From: Paludibacter propionicigenes
GTDB lineage: Bacteria > Bacteroidota > Bacteroidia > Bacteroidales > JAIFNL01
Assembly: GCA_020721325.1 (NCBI GenBank)
Contig: DYNA01000007.1
Coordinates: forward strand, 1-51,869
Reading direction: 5' to 3'
Length of the DNA stretch: 51,869 nt
Part shown: in pieces, positions 48,748 through 51,869 of the stretch
How the letters are laid out: every line of letters starts with the position of its first letter
Numbering within the stretch: the stretch's first letter is position 1
Translations under genes and position numbers: made by a program
Notes under the pieces: generated by a model
Database searches by the model: none
Told to the model about the DNA's origin: nothing
What the model saw: only the letters and a program-made list of their open reading frames with translations

Positions 48748-51087
48748 ATGAAAAATATATTAGAAAAATTAAATACAGCTCAGCGCGAAGCAGTTGTAAA
48801 TTACAAAGGTCCTTCATTAGTAATAGCCGGAGCGGGTTCGGGTAAAACACGCGTATTGACTTTTAGAATAGCCTATTTGCTTAGCCAAGGAGTTCGCCCT
48901 TCAAATATTTTGGCTCTCACATTTACCAACAAGGCTGCACGCGAAATGAAAGAACGTATTTCGTCTATAGTAGGCGTAGATACTGCAAAATACTTGGCTA
49001 TGGGAACTTTCCATTCCATTTTTTCGCGCATTTTGCGCACCGAAGCCGATGCCATCAAATACCCTAAAAATTTTACAATCTACGACACGCAAGACGCTCA
49101 GAACTTAATCAAATCCATTATTAAAGAATTGCATTTGAGCGACGAATTGTACAAAGTTTCGGCGGTTTATTCGCGCATATCGAAAGCAAAAAACAATTTG
49201 CTCACTTCGCAGGCTTATTCCATTAATAGTCAGCTATTAATGAACGATGCCAAATCAAAGATGCCCGAATTTCATAAAATTTATGAACTCTATTCGCGGC
49301 GTTGTTTCATGGCGGGTGCAATGGATTTTGACGATTTACTTTTGCTTACCAACGTTCTGTTTCGCGATAATCCCGAAATTTTAGAGCGTTATCAAAAACA
49401 ATATCAATACATTTTGGTAGATGAATATCAAGATACCAATTTTTCACAATATTTAATTATTAAAAAACTTTCCGAAACACATAAAAATTTATGTGTAGTT
49501 GGAGATGATGCACAAAGCATTTATTCTTTTAGAGGTGCGAAAATTGAAAACATTCTCAATTTTCAACGCGATTATGCGCAAGCTAAAACCTTTAAATTAG
49601 AACAAAACTACCGTTCAACTCAAACAATAGTAAATGCTGCCAACAGTTTGATTAAAAAAAATACCCATCAAATTCCCAAAAATACATTTTCCGAAAATCA
49701 GGAAGGTTCAAAAATCGAGGTCATTAGAACCATTACCGACAAAGAAGAAGGATTGCGAATAGCCGGACGAATCATGGAATTTCGTATGAACGAACATTAC
49801 CAATTTTCCAATTTTGCCATTTTGTACCGTACCAATGCTCAATCGCGAATTTTTGAAGAAGCTTTGCGCAAAGCAAATATTCCTTACAAAATTTACGGAG
49901 GACTTTCTTTTTATCAACGCAAAGAAATAAAAGACGTTTTGTCGTATTGCCGATTAATCGTCAATCAGCGCGACAACGAAGCTTTTAAGCGAATAATCAA
50001 TTACCCCAAACGCGGAATTGGCAACACTTCGCTCGATAAACTCGAAGAAGTAGCTCATTCCAACGGCATTAGCCTTTGGGACAGCATCTTTTTTATAAAA
50101 GAAAACGACAAAACCATTCCCAAAGCTGCCATGAGTAAATTTTATGCTTTCGCAGAATTGATTACTCGAATGAAAGCCTTTGCCAGTCAAAACGATGCTT
50201 TTTCAACCATGCGTTTCATTAGCAAAGAAAGCACCATTTTGCAAGAGTTGCACTCCGAAAAAACACCCGAAGGCATTAGCCGATACGAAAACCTGCAAGA
50301 ACTCATTAACAGCATCAAAGCTTTTACCGAAGAAAAAGTTAAAAATGGCGAAACCGCTTTACTTGAAGATTTTCTGAGCGATGTGGCTCTGATAACCGAC
50401 CAAGATACTGAAAAACAGCAAGATTTAGACAGAGTGGTGTTAATGACCATTCACTCGGCAAAGGGATTGGAATTTAAAACCGTTTTTATAGTTGGAGTTG
50501 AAGAAGATTTATTTCCTTCCTTCATGTCAGCCTCTTCGGTGCAGGATTTGGAAGAAGAACGGCGTTTGTTTTATGTAGCCTTAACACGTGCCGAAAAACA
50601 TTTGTGCATTTCGTTTACCGAAAATCGCTATCGCTGGGGGCAGCCGGTATTGTGTAAGCCCAGCCGTTTTTTGAGCGAAATTAATGCGGAATATATTGAA
50701 CTGACCGAACCGGATTATTATCCCGATTCTTTTTCCGAAACCTATAACGATTATTCGTTTTCCAAACCCAAAATTCAAGAAAAAACATTTTCTTTTCAGA
50801 AAAAAGAAACTCAAAATCCGGTTTCGTTTCCTCAAAAGACCATTTCGAGTCCGAAAAATCAGTTTTTTTCTAAAAACAATGAAGCAAAACCCTCCAATGA
50901 CGATGAATTTGTTTCAAATACGGGGCTTTCGGTAGGAAATGTGGTGGAACACGTTCGTTTTGGCAAAGGAATTGTTACGCAAATAGAAGGAAAAGAGCCA
51001 AATGTTAAAGCAAGCATCGATTTTGCAGCTTTTGGCGTAAAACATTTGTTACTCAAATTTGCGAAATTAAAAATATTAAAAAATTGA
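48748..51087 (+). CDS. pcrA: ATP-dependent DNA helicase PcrA/UvrD
   Basis: AGAGSGKT, TFTNKAA, VDEYQDTN, VGDDAQSIYSFRGA, TIHSAKGLEF, EERRLFYVALTRA; C-terminal Tudor-like HVRFGKG. Confidence 0.95.
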   Translation: MKNILEKLNTAQREAVVNYKGPSLVIAGAGSGKTRVLTFRIAYLLSQGVRPSNILALTFTNKAAREMKERISSIVGVDTAKYLAMGTFHSIFSRILRTEADAIKYPKNFTIYDTQDAQNLIKSIIKELHLSDELYKVSAVYSRISKAKNNLLTSQAYSINSQLLMNDAKSKMPEFHKIYELYSRRCFMAGAMDFDDLLLLTNVLFRDNPEILERYQKQYQYILVDEYQDTNFSQYLIIKKLSETHKNLCVVGDDAQSIYSFRGAKIENILNFQRDYAQAKTFKLEQNYRSTQTIVNAANSLIKKNTHQIPKNTFSENQEGSKIEVIRTITDKEEGLRIAGRIMEFRMNEHYQFSNFAILYRTNAQSRIFEEALRKANIPYKIYGGLSFYQRKEIKDVLSYCRLIVNQRDNEAFKRIINYPKRGIGNTSLDKLEEVAHSNGISLWDSIFFIKENDKTIPKAAMSKFYAFAELITRMKAFASQNDAFSTMRFISKESTILQELHSEKTPEGISRYENLQELINSIKAFTEEKVKNGETALLEDFLSDVALITDQDTEKQQDLDRVVLMTIHSAKGLEFKTVFIVGVEEDLFPSFMSASSVQDLEEERRLFYVALTRAEKHLCISFTENRYRWGQPVLCKPSRFLSEINAEYIELTEPDYYPDSFSETYNDYSFSKPKIQEKTFSFQKKETQNPVSFPQKTISSPKNQFFSKNNEAKPSNDDEFVSNTGLSVGNVVEHVRFGKGIVTQIEGKEPNVKASIDFAAFGVKHLLLKFAKLKILKN

Positions 51088-51146
51088 AATCGTAAAAATA
51101 AATCGTAGTTTATAATTCATAATTCATAAAATAATTTTATAAAAAG

Positions 51147-51455
51147 ATGGCACAAAATACAAAACAAATTACGGAAACCAACAAAAAAAATCCACCAATA
51201 AAACAGGAAGTAAATTCGGTAACTCAAAAAAACGAATTTGCTATAGGCAAGCAAAATTACACTTTGCTTTTGATAGGTTTTGGCATCATTATTTTAGGAT
51301 TTGTTTTAATGATGGGCGGTGGCACCGAAGACCCGAATGTTTTCAATGCCGATGAATTGTTTAGTTTTCGCCGCATTACTTTAGCTCCTATAGTTGTTCT
51401 TTTTGGTTTTGCTTTCGAAATTTGGGCAATTATGAAAAAACCAAAAGAAGAGTAA
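51147..51455 (+). CDS. DUF3098 family membrane protein
   Basis: KQNY...GFVLMMGG...FSFRRITLAP...WAIMKKP. Confidence 0.85.
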   Translation: MAQNTKQITETNKKNPPIKQEVNSVTQKNEFAIGKQNYTLLLIGFGIIILGFVLMMGGGTEDPNVFNADELFSFRRITLAPIVVLFGFAFEIWAIMKKPKEE

Positions 51456-51869
51456 TCCATTTTTAGAATTTGAAATTTGCAAATTTTCTTTAATTAAATA
51501 AGAATCATCGTATCAATTGTTTTCAAAATGCTTTTGACTTATTTAGCAACAAGCTGTTTATTAACAAATTGATACGATGACTTGTCGTTTTTTTTAGTTG
51601 GAATACATTTTTTTAAACTTGCGAGAGTTTTATCTTTTTTTTTACGCAAAATACTCATTTTCGCTGTGTTAGTATAGCTTTTTTAGCTTTTTTTCGCCTT
51701 TCGGCAAAAAAATAAAAATCCGCGAAAATCATAACAATCCTAAAAAATCCGTTCCAATCAAAATACCAGAAAACTTTTTATCAGTGCTTAAAAACAAAAA
51801 CCGCTCAGCCGTTTCAAAACAGCTAAGCGGTTCTTTATTTCAAAAAACACTATTTATACTTTAAACTAT

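Overview
AT-rich chromosomal window from a Bacteroidota (probably Bacteroidales-like) bacterium. The assignment rests on TAnnTTTG -7 promoter boxes, a CzcA-TolC fusion, a PID-CTERM protein, DUF3098 and an ECF/FecR pair. Housekeeping and transport content: czcBA-type efflux, GT4, DEAD-box helicase, tsaB, pcrA/uvrD, a TBDR-MFS-hemN-hemY-hemH operon and a chemosensory cluster (MCP, two CheY-like proteins, putative CheZ-like protein, STAS, CheA, CheW; no cheR/cheB). Two non-coding structures stand out. (1) At 44.06-46.39 kb, hairpin sites bounded by ..AAC/GTT.. cores show the shifted core complementarity of integron gene cassettes: GTTAGATGC pairs with GCATCTAAC, and GTTGTGTGC pairs with GCACACAAC. 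They delimit a 262-bp near-empty cassette and a 1950-bp cassette carrying an EcoRV-like R-M system. No integrase is present and the attC geometry is non-canonical. (2) At 13.30-14.11 kb, about 19 copies of a 14-bp quasi-palindromic core recur at roughly 42-bp spacing in both orientations, with shuffled 7-bp spacer modules and no cas genes. Also notable are an orphan GHKL-ATPase/PD-(D/E)xK gene, an ACP/beta-gamma-crystallin fusion and several dispersed REP-like families. All calls come from reading the sequence by eye; no searches were run.
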